Shown piece after piece: positions 41,250 through 51,824 of a stretch of 64,000 nucleotides of DNA. The stretch covers positions 7,712,001 through 7,776,000 of the forward strand of contig CBDCXR010000004.1 in NCBI GenBank assembly GCA_965223845.1, written 5' to 3'. The DNA is from Planctomycetota bacterium. Lineage in GTDB: Bacteria; Planctomycetota; UBA8108; SXIK01. Numbering within the stretch: position 1 is the stretch's first letter; every line of letters starts with the position of its first letter. The notes under the pieces are model-generated. The model was given only the letters and a program-made list of their open reading frames with translations, ran no database searches and was not told where the DNA came from. A program made the position numbers and the translations under genes.

Positions 41250-42959
41250 GTGACGCCTGTCGACGAATCGCCGATCCGGCGCGGCATCTCCGCTCGGGCG
41301 GTGTGGCTCGTTTTCCTGGGATCGGTCGTTTCGCCATCGGTCGTTTCGCCATCGGTCGTTCCGCCTCGGGGCGAGGCGGAGGATGCTCCGTCGAGCGCGT
41401 CGGCCCGAACGCGTCCCAACATCGTCTTCATCCTCGCCGACGATCTCGGCTACGGGGACGTCGAGAGCTTCGGCCGCGAGCGCTGCGCGATCGACACACC
41501 GCACTTCGATCGCCTCGCGCGGGAGGGAATGCGCTTCACGAACGCACACGCGGCGGCTTCCGTCTGCATCCCCTCGCGGATCGCTCTCGTGACCGGGCGA
41601 TATCCGCTTCGCTTCGGGCCCGGCACGCGCGGCGGGCCGTGGGGCTTTCTCGGACTCCGGTTGAAAAAGGGCGCGCACACCGTCGCGAGGATGCTCCAGC
41701 GCGGCGGATATCGAACGGGCATCGTCGGGAAGTGGCACCTCGGAACGAAGATGCCGACGACTGACGGCAAGATCCAGGGGCCGACGAATGTCGACTACCG
41801 CCGGCCGCTCGAGGTCGGGCCGAATGACTACGGCTTCGACGAGAGCTTCATTCTTCCCGGATCGCTCGATATGTATCCCTACGTGTTCGTGCGGAACCAC
41901 GCGTTCGTGGGAGAAGTCACGGCGCAGAAAGGATGGAGCGCGTTCCACCGCGTCGGTCCGGCGGCAGCGGACTTCGAGGACTGGAAGGTCCTCGACACGT
42001 TCGCGAGCGAAGCGGAGACGTTCATCGCCGCCGCGAAGGAGGGAGGGAAGCCGTTTTTTCTCTATCTCGCCCTCACGTCGCCCCACACTCCCACCTGTCC
42101 GAGTCCGGCCTTCAAAGGGCGAAGCCCACTCGGCATCTACGGCGACTTCGTCATGGAGACCGATCACTGCGTCGGGAGAGTCCTCGCTGCGCTCGACGAG
42201 TCCGGGCTCGCGAAGAACACTCTCGTCGTCGCGACGTCGGATCACGGCGCGGCGGTCTACGCCGGCCGCGAGCCGAAAGCGACGTTCGCGCAGCTCCGCG
42301 AGCTCGAGAAGGATGGCCACTTCAGCAGCGGGCCGTACCGCGGCTACAAGTTCTCCGTCTACGAAGGCGGGACGCGCGTGCCCTTCGTCGCTCGCTGGCC
42401 GGGAGTGATCGCCGCCGGTGGGACGAGCGAGCGGCTGGTTGGACTCCAGGACTTTTACGCGACGGCGGCGGAAATCTCCGGGGCGAAGCTCGCGCCGGCG
42501 GAAGCGCCGGATTCGATGAGCCTCGTTCCGCTCTTTCGCGATCCCGCGGCTCGGGGCGCGCGGTCTTCCCTCATCATTCAGGGCGCACCTTCGCTCGCGT
42601 ACCACTCCGGACCTTGGAAGCTCGCGCTTTGTCCGGGAAGCGGGTGCGATGGGCGGTACGGAAACTCGCCGAAGCGAGTGGACGCCTGGCGCACTGCGAT
42701 TCAGTCCTACCGCGGGGAGCTCGAGCGCGAAGACGATCTCGTGAAGCCGGAGTTTGTGCAGCTCTATCGGCTCGATCGCGACCCGGGTGAAACGACGGAT
42801 CTCTCGGCGGAGCATCCCGAGAAGCTGAGCGAGCTCTTCGAGCAGATGCGGTCCGAAGTCGAGCGCGGGAGGACGACTCCCGGCCCGCGGCTCGCGAACG
42901 ATCGGGAGAAGATCCCGCTCTTTCGCGGCGTGCCGCCTTTCGTTTGGGGGGCGCCGTAG
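41250..42959 (+). CDS. Arylsulfatase A-like sulfatase
   Basis: PNIVFILADDLGYGD, CIPSR formylglycine motif, GKWHLG, TSDHG, YEGGTRVPF. Confidence 0.93.
   Translation: MTPVDESPIRRGISARAVWLVFLGSVVSPSVVSPSVVPPRGEAEDAPSSASARTRPNIVFILADDLGYGDVESFGRERCAIDTPHFDRLAREGMRFTNAHAAASVCIPSRIALVTGRYPLRFGPGTRGGPWGFLGLRLKKGAHTVARMLQRGGYRTGIVGKWHLGTKMPTTDGKIQGPTNVDYRRPLEVGPNDYGFDESFILPGSLDMYPYVFVRNHAFVGEVTAQKGWSAFHRVGPAAADFEDWKVLDTFASEAETFIAAAKEGGKPFFLYLALTSPHTPTCPSPAFKGRSPLGIYGDFVMETDHCVGRVLAALDESGLAKNTLVVATSDHGAAVYAGREPKATFAQLRELEKDGHFSSGPYRGYKFSVYEGGTRVPFVARWPGVIAAGGTSERLVGLQDFYATAAEISGAKLAPAEAPDSMSLVPLFRDPAARGARSSLIIQGAPSLAYHSGPWKLALCPGSGCDGRYGNSPKRVDAWRTAIQSYRGELEREDDLVKPEFVQLYRLDRDPGETTDLSAEHPEKLSELFEQMRSEVERGRTTPGPRLANDREKIPLFRGVPPFVWGAP
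41321..41365 (+). repeat. 3 x 15-bp in-frame tandem repeat in the sulfatase leader
   Basis: ATCGGTCGTTTCGCC x2 + ATCGGTCGTTCCGCC, encoding SVVSP repeats. Confidence 0.9.
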
Positions 42960-43191
42960 TCGGGTGCGGACGGGCGCCCCGATCGCGGCGATCTGCCCGC
43001 ATTCGGGGCGCAACTAGCCCCGGCCGTCGGGCGGCGCGTTCGTCCGTAGCGTTTACGTCCAAAAAGGAGGCCTCGGCGCGCCGGCGGAGTAGAATCAGGA
43101 CGGAAGCGCGGGTTAGGATGGCGTGCGCGCCCGCCGGTTCGCGGGGGCGGGGGCAGAAGTCGGATATCACGATCCCTGGGAGAGACGATCC

Positions 43192-45312
43192 ATGGGTTCT
43201 CCACGAATCTTCGCACTCATACTCGTTGTTCTCGCCGCCACACCGGCCGCGACTCGGGCGATCGAGCCGGTCGGCGGCTTCGCGGCGCCCCCTCTGACTC
43301 TCGTCGAGCCGACGCTGCGCGAGAAGCTGAGTCCCGACAAACTGGTGCTCGTCGACGGAGCGGAGATTAGAGGAAAGCTGCTCGAGGTCAATCGCCAGCG
43401 CGTTCGCATCCTCGTCGACCTCGAGGAAACGGCGATCCGCCGCAACGTGATTGAAGAGATCGACCGCGGTCTCGCGGCGAAGCGACGCTCCTACCTCGCC
43501 AAGCGGATCAAGGAAATCGAAAACGACCCGTCTGCGGAGGCGTGGCGAAAGTTTGCCAACTTTTGCCTCAAGGAAGAGGCGAAGCGAGGCTGGAACCTCG
43601 CCCCCGAGCGAAACCGCGCCCTCGATCGACTCCTCAAGGAGAAAAGCGACGACGCCAAGGCGCGCGAGGAAAAGGACTACGCGTTCCACCACGATGGGAC
43701 GTGGTGGGCGATCGGGATTCTCGCCGACTACAAGCTCGAAGGTGGGAGTCTCGTCGCCCGCGACGAAGCGAAGAAGAGCTCGACGGAGAAGAAGGGCGCG
43801 GGCGAGAAGGACGGCGGGTCGGGGACGAGCACCGTCGTCAAGAAGGCGGGTCCGCACCCGAAGAGCTACCGCTTGCTCGAGCGCAAAGAGATGTCACCGC
43901 GCAAGCTGCGCGAGCTCGAGGAATCCATCGCGGAGATGGTGAAGAACGCCGAGAAGGCGCGGGAGAAGCAGGACCTCGAATACGAAGGAGTCGAGTGGGA
44001 AGATCGCTACAAGATCCCGACCCGACATTTCGAGGTGCACTGCAACTCGACGCGCCGCATCGCCGTTCTTTACTCTCGCCTCATGGAGGCGATCCGCGCG
44101 GAGCTCGCTAAACGCTTCAAGAGCCCGATCGTCCGCAATCTCCGGGCGCCTGTGTTCATCTATAAGAGCCAGGAAGAGTTTATGGAGCAGGATCGCCTCG
44201 GGCGCTGGGCCGGGCGCGGTGTGGGCGGGTACTACATGCCGGTCAACCAGCAGGTCGTCGCGTTCCACGGGACGTTCGGGTTTACGGGCACGACGTTCAG
44301 CGTCCTCTGCCACGAGGGCACGCATTACTTTCAGGGGCTCGTCCTCAAGGGCGGGTTCGACAACGTGCCGATCTGGCTCATCGAAGGCCTCGCGGTCTAC
44401 TTCGGCGACGGCAGCACCTTCGACCCGAAGAGGGTGAAGATCGAAACGGGGAAGATCCCGCGGGACCGCCTCGTTCACATCCAGGAGAAGATGGAAGGCG
44501 GCTATCACACGCCCGTCGAGAAGCTCATCGCGATGAAGCGCGGCTGGGGCGGCTTCAGCGGCAGCCACTACGCCGACTCTTGGGCGCTGATTTACTACAT
44601 GGTTCACTCGGGAAAGAAGGGGCAGCAATTCCTCAACGAGTACTGGAAGATCGGGATCGAGCGCCTGCTCAAGAAGAAGGACTTCCGCACGCTCGCCGAG
44701 AAACACTACGGCTCGATCAAGGAGCTCGAGAAGGAGTACGTGAAGTACATCTTGGGGCTCCAGGTCCCCTCCGCCGGCGAGGTGAAGGGCGACTACTTCA
44801 TGAGCGACGTGTTCCGCTTCTTCGTGAAGAGTCCCGGCTCGGAGTGGAGATTCTTCGAAGACGGAGAAGACAAGAGCATGGTGGTCGGCACGCTCCTTCC
44901 GGATACGAGCGCCGAAGTGCGAATCTACTTCCGGAACAACATGGAGAATCAGGAGTCCGAGGATTACATGAAGAGCTACGTCGAGAGTCGCCGCGAGCGT
45001 TTCGGCCGCGTGCGCACCCGGGAGGTGACCATCAGCGGCCTTCCGGCGACGGAGCTCCGTTACGTGCACGACGGGAAGGAGCAGGGTCCCTCGACGCGCG
45101 TGGTCTTCGTCGACGGCAAGATCAAACAGATCAAGCGGCCGAAGAAGAAGAGTCGTGGGCCTCGCGAAGTCACCGAGTACGTCCTCGTGCAGATCGACGG
45201 CGTCGCCGTGATCGAGTGCTCGGCCGCCCAGGGGGAGGGGCGCAAGTTTCGCGAGCACTACGATGGCGTCCGGGCGAGCTTCACGCTCGACAACTCGACG
45301 CGGCGGTGGTGA
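43192..45312 (+). CDS. Secreted DUF1570-like putative zinc metallopeptidase
   Basis: Signal peptide; VLCHEGTH (HExxH), PIWLIEGLAVYF, YADSWALIYYM. Confidence 0.78.
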   Translation: MGSPRIFALILVVLAATPAATRAIEPVGGFAAPPLTLVEPTLREKLSPDKLVLVDGAEIRGKLLEVNRQRVRILVDLEETAIRRNVIEEIDRGLAAKRRSYLAKRIKEIENDPSAEAWRKFANFCLKEEAKRGWNLAPERNRALDRLLKEKSDDAKAREEKDYAFHHDGTWWAIGILADYKLEGGSLVARDEAKKSSTEKKGAGEKDGGSGTSTVVKKAGPHPKSYRLLERKEMSPRKLRELEESIAEMVKNAEKAREKQDLEYEGVEWEDRYKIPTRHFEVHCNSTRRIAVLYSRLMEAIRAELAKRFKSPIVRNLRAPVFIYKSQEEFMEQDRLGRWAGRGVGGYYMPVNQQVVAFHGTFGFTGTTFSVLCHEGTHYFQGLVLKGGFDNVPIWLIEGLAVYFGDGSTFDPKRVKIETGKIPRDRLVHIQEKMEGGYHTPVEKLIAMKRGWGGFSGSHYADSWALIYYMVHSGKKGQQFLNEYWKIGIERLLKKKDFRTLAEKHYGSIKELEKEYVKYILGLQVPSAGEVKGDYFMSDVFRFFVKSPGSEWRFFEDGEDKSMVVGTLLPDTSAEVRIYFRNNMENQESEDYMKSYVESRRERFGRVRTREVTISGLPATELRYVHDGKEQGPSTRVVFVDGKIKQIKRPKKKSRGPREVTEYVLVQIDGVAVIECSAAQGEGRKFREHYDGVRASFTLDNSTRRW

Positions 45313-45468
45313 TCCCGCCGCGACCGCGGACGCGCGACGCGAGTTTTTTCGTGTTGCTCGCTCCGCCGGATCGCGGTTCATCGCTCGCGGATTGACACGC
45401 GCGGGCGGATCGGGCTTCTTGGGAGGTCCTATACCGTCCGTCCGTCCCCCGGGGAGCGATCGTCCGTC

Positions 45469-46617
45469 GTGAATCGCGAGTTGTTACCTGCCGTCGAGAT
45501 CCTCCGAGCCGAGCCTGGGGCGCGTCTCTCCCACGACGATTGGCGCCTCATCCTCGGACTCGATGCCGCCGGCGATCGAATCGCGCCTGCGTTCTCTCTC
45601 GCCGAGCTCGAGGAGCTCGCGGGACGCTTCCGCGAGCGACTCCATCCGGACCGTGTCGTCACGTACGTCGTCGACCGGAACATCAACTACTCGAACGTGT
45701 GCACCTCGATCTGCAATTTTTGCGCGTTCTACCGGAGCCCCGGCGAAGAGGGCGGATACGTCCTCGAGTACGAGGATATCTTTCGCAAGGTGGAGGAGAC
45801 GCTCGCACTCGGCGGAAGCGGTGTCCTCATGCAGGGAGGACTGCATCCGGACCTCCCGCTCGAGTGGTACACGAAGCTCCTCCGCGAATTGAAGCAGCGC
45901 TACGGTATTCATCTCCACTGCTTCTCTCCGACTGAGATCCTCGGTCTCATGGAGATCACGGGGCAGTCCGCGAAGGAGATTCTCGTCGCGCTCAAGGAGG
46001 CCGGTCTCGACTCCATGCCCGGCGGCGGCGGCGAGATCCTCATCGACGAAGTGCGGCGAAAGCGCCGCTCGAAGGTGAACTCCGAGGAGTGGCTCGACAT
46101 CATGGCCGCGGCGCAGGAGATCGGTCTTCCGACGACGGCGACGATGATGTTCGGCCACGGCGAACGGCTCGAGCACCGCCTCCAGCACCTCGAGAAGATC
46201 CGCGCGCTTCAGGATCGGACCGGCGGATTCGTGTCGTTCATCCCCTGGAACTTCCAGCCCGACAACACGCCGCTCGGACGCGTGGTCTCGGATCGCGTCG
46301 GTCCGGACGAGTACATTCTCTGGCTCTCGGTCGCGCGCCTCTACCTCGACAACATTCCGAATCTCCAGGTCTCGTGGCTCACGCAAGGGCTCGAGGTCGG
46401 CGAGCGCGCCCTCCGCGGCGGCGCGAACGATCTGGGGAGCACGATGATCGAGGAGAACGTGATCAAGCCCGCGGGTGCGGAGCACGAGGCAACGGAGGAC
46501 GTCCTGCGCCGAACGATCGTGAACGCAGGTTTCACTCCCTGCCTTCGAAACGCCGCGTACCGCCGACTCGGGACGCCGAATCTCGAGGAGGCGAGCTCGG
46601 GAACCGTCTCCTCGTGA
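45469..46617 (+). CDS. mqnC: Cyclic dehypoxanthinyl futalosine synthase (radical SAM)
   Basis: [51 protein letters not shown]. Confidence 0.88.
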   Translation: MNRELLPAVEILRAEPGARLSHDDWRLILGLDAAGDRIAPAFSLAELEELAGRFRERLHPDRVVTYVVDRNINYSNVCTSICNFCAFYRSPGEEGGYVLEYEDIFRKVEETLALGGSGVLMQGGLHPDLPLEWYTKLLRELKQRYGIHLHCFSPTEILGLMEITGQSAKEILVALKEAGLDSMPGGGGEILIDEVRRKRRSKVNSEEWLDIMAAAQEIGLPTTATMMFGHGERLEHRLQHLEKIRALQDRTGGFVSFIPWNFQPDNTPLGRVVSDRVGPDEYILWLSVARLYLDNIPNLQVSWLTQGLEVGERALRGGANDLGSTMIEENVIKPAGAEHEATEDVLRRTIVNAGFTPCLRNAAYRRLGTPNLEEASSGTVSS

Positions 46618-47705
46618 ATCGATTGCCGCTGGCGGAGGAACACACGACGGCCGGCGCTACGTGGGCGGCGGAGGACGGGCTCGATCTGCCGGCGAGCTAC
46701 GGTGACCCCGCGCGTGAGGCCGCCGCGGTGCGCGACGCGGCGGGCCTCGTCGACCTCTCTGAGCGCGGCGTGTTCCGAATCTCGGGCGCGGGCGCAGCGG
46801 AGACGCTCCACGGGCTCCTTTCGAGCTCGGTGAAGGATCTCGCCGCTCTGCGAGCGCAGCCGAGCTGCCTCCTCTCGGCGAAGGGGCGAGTCGTCGGCGC
46901 GTTCGATCTCCAGCGAACGGGCAAGGACGAGTTCCACGTCGCGATGCGCGAGCGGCCGCGGGCAGGGCTCTTCGCTGGACTCCAAAAGTACCTCTTCCTC
47001 AGCGATCTCGAGCTCGTCGACGTGAGCGCGGAGCTCGCAGTCGTCGCAATTCAGGGGCCGAGGGCCGACGCGCTCCTCTCGCGTGCGTCCGGAGGCCCGG
47101 GCGAGCTCGCGCCCGGGGCGATCGAGATCCGAACGATCGCGAGTGTCCCGTGCCGAGTGTCGACGGGCGGCGAGACGCCCGAGGGCGGCGTTTTCATCTG
47201 GGTGCCGCAGAGCGGGCTTGTCGACGTGTGGCGCGCGATTCGGAGCGCGTTCGTGGAGGGTGAGAACCTCGTGGGGCGCGAGGCGTACGAGGAGCTCCGG
47301 GTAGAGGCGGGCGCCGCGCGCTACGGGATCGACTACGACGAGGAGGCGTTCCCGAACGAGATCGGCTGGGACAGCGCGCTCTCGTACGACAAGTGCTACG
47401 TCGGCCAGGAGGTCGTCGCGCGGATGCGAACCTACGGCGAGGTCAATCGGAAGCTGCGAGGTCTCCTCTCGGACGACCGCGAGGTCGCGCGCGGCGCCCG
47501 CGTGCTCGCCGGAGACGACGAGATCGGCCTCGTCACCTCGAGTGTCCGCTCGAGTCGCCTCGCGCGGACACTCTCGCTCGCGCGCGTCAAACGACGATTC
47601 TGGGGCGAGCGCGAAGTCACGATCGAGACGGGGAACGGACGGACTCTCGCGGTGCAAACCGACTTGCCGTTTGTTCGGCTGGACGGTACCGAAGACGCGC
47701 GCTAA
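46614..47705 (+). CDS. ygfZ: Folate-binding YgfZ/GcvT-like protein
   Basis: [23 protein letters not shown] signature; GTGA overlap with mqnC stop. Confidence 0.85.
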   Translation: MNRLPLAEEHTTAGATWAAEDGLDLPASYGDPAREAAAVRDAAGLVDLSERGVFRISGAGAAETLHGLLSSSVKDLAALRAQPSCLLSAKGRVVGAFDLQRTGKDEFHVAMRERPRAGLFAGLQKYLFLSDLELVDVSAELAVVAIQGPRADALLSRASGGPGELAPGAIEIRTIASVPCRVSTGGETPEGGVFIWVPQSGLVDVWRAIRSAFVEGENLVGREAYEELRVEAGAARYGIDYDEEAFPNEIGWDSALSYDKCYVGQEVVARMRTYGEVNRKLRGLLSDDREVARGARVLAGDDEIGLVTSSVRSSRLARTLSLARVKRRFWGEREVTIETGNGRTLAVQTDLPFVRLDGTEDAR

Positions 47706-47841
47706 GCTGCAGGATTCCCGTCTCGTCGCGGCGACCGTACGACTGCGAACGAGCGAGGTTCGGGGGAGTTCGAGTCGTCCCGGCCGACGACCTCCGCCCC
47801 GTGAATTGAGATCGAGCCGCCGCGGCGCGGAGGAACATGCG

Positions 47842-49167
47842 TTGATCGTCCTCAAGTTCGGAGGAACTTCCGTCGGGAACCCGGACGCGATCCGTCGCGT
47901 CGGCGAAATCATCCGCGGTTCGCTCCCGCGCCGGCCGCTGGTGGTCTCGTCTGCCGTGGGTGGACAGACGAACCGACTCTTCGCGATCGTCGAAGAGGCG
48001 GTCGGCGGCGGCGATTGGGAAACGGAGTTCGGGACGCTCGAGGACGTCCACCGCGAGATCCTGCGCAGTCTCCAGCTCGACGCCCGCCTCCTCGACGAGC
48101 TCCTCGGGGAGCTGAAGGGAGTGGTTCAAGGGATCGCTCTCCTCCGCGAACGCACCGAGCGAGCCAAGGATCTCTTCGTCAGCTTCGGCGAGCGATTGGC
48201 GGTTCGCATCCTCGCGGCGTACTTGCGCTCGGTTGGCGTCGAGGCCGAGGCCAAGGACGCGTTTGATATCGGTCTCATCACCGACCGCAACCACGGGCGC
48301 GCGCGGCCGGTCGAGGATGTCGACGCGCGGATACGTACCGCTCTCGAAGGAGTCGAAAGCGTCCCGATCGTGACCGGCTACATCGGGAAGAGCGAGTGCG
48401 GCGAGATCACAACGCTCGGACGCGGCGGGAGCGACTACACCGCGGCGATCTTTGGCGCGGCCCTCGACGCCGAGGAGATCCAAATCTGGACGGACGTCGA
48501 CGGCGTGATGACCGCCGACCCGCGCATCGTCGACGGCGCGCGTTTCCTCGAGCGGCTTTCGTTCGCCGAGGCGGCCGAGCTCGCGTTCTACGGCGCGAAG
48601 GTGATCCATCCGGCGACGATGGTTCCGGCGGTGCAAAAGAACGTCCCGATTCGCGTCTTGAACAGTTTCCGACCGGAGTTCGAAGGAACGCTGATCGTCG
48701 CGGATCCGAGCGAAGACGACCGCTGGCTGAAGTCGATCGCGAGCAAGGACCGCGTCTCGATCATCGACGTCGTCGCGGCGCGGATGCTGCTCCAGCCGGG
48801 GTTCATCAAGAAGATCGCCGACGTCTTCGCGAAGCGCGAAGTCGTAATCGACATGATCGCGACGAGCGAGGTCAGCGTGTCGATGACCGTCGACCCGAGC
48901 GCCGAATTGGATCTCGTCGAGCGCGATCTCAAGGAATTCTCGAAAGTGACGGTCAAGACCGGAATGTCACAGGTGAGTCTCGTCGGCGAAGGAATCTCAG
49001 AGCGCGTGGGCTTCGCGGCCGAGCTCTTCGAGATCGTGGGCGAGCTCGGGGTGAACGTCGAGATGATCTCGTTCGGAGCGACGCGGAACAACCTGAGCAT
49101 CGTGGTTCGGGAGGAGCACATTCGGGACGTGGTGTCGGCTTTGCATGCTCGGTTTTTCGAACGGTGA
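47842..49167 (+). CDS. lysC: Aspartate kinase
   Basis: VLKFGGTSV, SFGE, TLGRGGSDYTA, WTDVDG.MTADP, GAKVIHP, ACT domains. Confidence 0.95.
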   Translation: MIVLKFGGTSVGNPDAIRRVGEIIRGSLPRRPLVVSSAVGGQTNRLFAIVEEAVGGGDWETEFGTLEDVHREILRSLQLDARLLDELLGELKGVVQGIALLRERTERAKDLFVSFGERLAVRILAAYLRSVGVEAEAKDAFDIGLITDRNHGRARPVEDVDARIRTALEGVESVPIVTGYIGKSECGEITTLGRGGSDYTAAIFGAALDAEEIQIWTDVDGVMTADPRIVDGARFLERLSFAEAAELAFYGAKVIHPATMVPAVQKNVPIRVLNSFRPEFEGTLIVADPSEDDRWLKSIASKDRVSIIDVVAARMLLQPGFIKKIADVFAKREVVIDMIATSEVSVSMTVDPSAELDLVERDLKEFSKVTVKTGMSQVSLVGEGISERVGFAAELFEIVGELGVNVEMISFGATRNNLSIVVREEHIRDVVSALHARFFER

Positions 49168-49179
49168 AGACGGGAAAAC

Positions 49180-49219
49180 TTCACACGAAGAGCGCGAAGC
49201 CGCGCGAAGAAAGACGAAG
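49180..49219 (+). repeat. Repeat copy A (left end of GxxExxY cassette)
   Basis: TTCACACGAAGAGCGCGAAGCCGCGCGAAGAAAGACGAAG, 12 bp after the lysC stop. Confidence 0.85.
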
Positions 49220-49296
49220 GCGGGAGCGAGTCGAAGAGGTGGGGAGTACCGAGGGACTCATTTCCCAAGTTCGTGAGAGTGGTGACGGTCGGAAGG

Positions 49297-49689
49297 TCAC
49301 CGCACGACTCGTTTGAGCCCATCGGATAAGCGCTGAACATTGAAGTTCATCAGCAACCCGACGGACAGCTTGGACAGCCGCAAATAGGTGATGAGTTGTG
49401 CCTCGTGGATCGGGAGAAGCCGCTCGACGCTCTTCAGCTCGACGACGAGCTCCCCGGCTACGACAAGGTCGGCGCGGTATCCGCAAGCGACTTTGGTTTC
49501 CTTGTATCGGAAAGGAATCGGCAGCTCCATCTCGAAGGGGATTCCTCTCCGCGCGAGTTCGTGACCGAGGCATTGCTGGTACGCCGATTCGAGGAGCCCC
49601 GGTCCAAGATTCCTGTGCACCTCGAGAGCGCAACCGATCACGTCGTGCGATAGAGATTCAAATTCAAAGCGATTCCCACGACGCCCCAC
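49297..49689 (-). CDS. GxxExxY protein (PD-(D/E)XK nuclease-like family)
   Basis: LGPGLLESAY motif, YRADLVV..VVELKSV, AQLITYL..GLLMNF. Confidence 0.92.
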   Translation of the reverse strand: MGRRGNRFEFESLSHDVIGCALEVHRNLGPGLLESAYQQCLGHELARRGIPFEMELPIPFRYKETKVACGYRADLVVAGELVVELKSVERLLPIHEAQLITYLRLSKLSVGLLMNFNVQRLSDGLKRVVR

Positions 49690-49760
49690 AGATCAACCTC
49701 TCTGCCAAATGATTTCGACCAGCGGCGCTTCCCCACGCACAGCCGCACGCACACTCACTC

Positions 49761-49790
49761 ACACACACACACACTCTCTCTCTCTCTCTC
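49761..49790. repeat. (AC)7(TC)8 microsatellite abutting repeat copy B
   Basis: Read directly from the sequence. Confidence 0.9.
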
Positions 49791-49829
49791 TTCGTCTTCC
49801 TTCGCGCCCCTTCGCGTCCTTCGTGTAAA
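49790..49829 (-). repeat. Repeat copy B (right end of GxxExxY cassette, inverted)
   Basis: Minus strand TTTACACGAAGGACGCGAAGGGGCGCGAAGGAAGACGAAG; 34/40 identical to copy A by manual alignment. Confidence 0.85.
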
Positions 49830-49895
49830 CTCCCGACTAGACCCCGAGTAACCTTGAGACCGAAACCCACGCCCCGCAACCGCTAGACCCCCGAG

Positions 49896-51563
49896 ATGCG
49901 GATCGCCCTAGCCCAAATCAACACGACCGTAGCCGACTTCAAAGGCAACACCGAAGCCGTCGAGCAGGCCTTAGCTCGCGCGCGCGCGGAAGGCGTCGAC
50001 CTCGTCGTGTTTCCCGAGCAAACGCTCCCGGGCTACCCGGCCGAAGATCTTCTCGAACGTCCCGATTTCTGGGTTGCCGCCGACGAGGCTCTCGAGCGCG
50101 TCGTCGCGAGCTGCCACGGCGTCGCGGCGCTCGTGGGCTCGCTTCGACGCGCGGGGAGCGGCGAAGGGAATCCCATCCACAACGCCGCGTTTCTCATCGA
50201 CGACGGCGAGATCGTCGCCGCGTACGACAAGCGACTTCTTCCGACCTACGACGTCTTTGACGAAGGCCGTTACTTTCGCCCGGGACGCGAATCCGCGGTC
50301 GTAGAGCTCCGCGGACACAAAGTCGGACTCGCGGTTTGCGAAGACCTTTGGAACGATCCGAGCTTCTGGTGCGAGCGTCGCTACGACGTCGACCCAATCG
50401 AGGATCTCGCTCGCGCCGGCGCCGAAGTCATCGTCGCGGTCTCGGCGTCGCCCTACAGCCTCGGCCGAACGTCGCTTCGCTACGACATGCTGAGGAGCTC
50501 CGCGGCGAAGCACGGCATCGCCATCGCGATGACGAATCTCGTCGGCGGGAATACAACTCTCGTCTTCGACGGGGCCAGCTTCGCGGTCAACGCGAACGGC
50601 GATCCCGTCGCGATCGCTCCGTCGTTCGAGGAGGCGGTCGAGATCTTCGATCTGGGGGGCGAGCCGCTGTCCGATGTGCCCCGGTCGTTCACGGCCGGAT
50701 CGGCTCGCGACGACAGTGCTCTCGTGGAGGAGGTCTACCGCGCTCTCGTGCTCGGCGTCCGGGACTACATGGAGAAGAGCGGGTTCGAGCGCGCGGTCCT
50801 CGGATTGAGCGGCGGCATCGACTCGGCGCTCACCGCGGCGGTCGCAGTCGACGCGATAGGACACGATCGCGTCCTCGGCGTCTCTCTCCCGTCGCGGTAC
50901 TCCTCCGAGGGAAGCATCGCCGACGCGGAAGCGCTCGCGCGAAACCTCGGCATCGAGCACCACACTCTTTCGATCGAAGATCTCTTCTCGTCGAGCCTTC
51001 GCACACTCGAGCCGCTATTCGAAGGAACCGATCCGGGCATCGCCGAAGAGAACATCCAAGCGCGCGCCCGCGGATTGCTGCTGATGGCGATCTCGAACAA
51101 GTTCGGCTCGCTCCTCCTCACGACCGGGAATAAAAGTGAGCTGGCCGTCGGTTACTGCACCCTCTACGGCGACATGTCGGGCGGGCTCGCGGTGATTTCA
51201 GACGTCCCGAAAACGCTTGTCTACCGCATTTGCGAGTGGCTGAATCGCGAGCGGGAGATCATTCCCGCGAGCACCATCGAAAAACCGCCGTCGGCGGAGC
51301 TGCGGCCCGACCAGACGGATCAGGACAGCCTGCCGCCTTACGACATCCTCGACTCGATCCTCGAATGCTACGTCGAGGAGCACGAGAGCGCGGACGAAAT
51401 CGTCGCCCGTGGATTCGAGCGCACGGTCGTCGAGGATGTGATTCGGCTCGTCGATCGGAACGAATACAAGCGAAAGCAAGCGGCGCCGGGGCTTCGGATT
51501 ACTTCGAAGGCGTTCGGGCCGGGGCGGCGGGTTCCGATTGTTCAGCGGTTTCGGCGGGTGTAG
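49896..51563 (+). CDS. nadE: Glutamine-dependent NAD+ synthetase
   Basis: Nitrilase domain VFPE..K..YDVFDE..CEDLW; LGLSGGIDS, ENIQARARG, TGNKSE, PSAELRPDQTDQD. Confidence 0.96.
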   Translation: MRIALAQINTTVADFKGNTEAVEQALARARAEGVDLVVFPEQTLPGYPAEDLLERPDFWVAADEALERVVASCHGVAALVGSLRRAGSGEGNPIHNAAFLIDDGEIVAAYDKRLLPTYDVFDEGRYFRPGRESAVVELRGHKVGLAVCEDLWNDPSFWCERRYDVDPIEDLARAGAEVIVAVSASPYSLGRTSLRYDMLRSSAAKHGIAIAMTNLVGGNTTLVFDGASFAVNANGDPVAIAPSFEEAVEIFDLGGEPLSDVPRSFTAGSARDDSALVEEVYRALVLGVRDYMEKSGFERAVLGLSGGIDSALTAAVAVDAIGHDRVLGVSLPSRYSSEGSIADAEALARNLGIEHHTLSIEDLFSSSLRTLEPLFEGTDPGIAEENIQARARGLLLMAISNKFGSLLLTTGNKSELAVGYCTLYGDMSGGLAVISDVPKTLVYRICEWLNREREIIPASTIEKPPSAELRPDQTDQDSLPPYDILDSILECYVEEHESADEIVARGFERTVVEDVIRLVDRNEYKRKQAAPGLRITSKAFGPGRRVPIVQRFRRV

Positions 51564-51585
51564 CCCGGCGACCGGAAGAAGAGAT

Positions 51586-51628
51586 TGCACACGAAGAGCG
51601 CGAAGGACGCGAAGGAAGAGGAAGGGGA
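51586..51628 (+). repeat. Repeat copy C (left end of TIR-MoxR island)
   Basis: TGCACACGAAGAGCGCGAAGGACGCGAAGGAAGAGGAAGGGGA, 22 bp after the nadE stop. Confidence 0.85.
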
Positions 51629-51824
51629 AAGACCGGGAGAACGGAAAGCGTGGGGAGCTAAGAAGTCGGGAGAGGAGAAACACGGATCGCATCCAGCCTC
51701 TCCGTTTCGACTACGCCGCAGCCTCCACACTCGCGGCTGACTTTCTTCCGTAGTCGCGGGTATCATGATCGGACGACCGACTCCGAGTTCGGTCGCGAGA
51801 TTCCGGTGGGTGGTTCTTTCGGCT

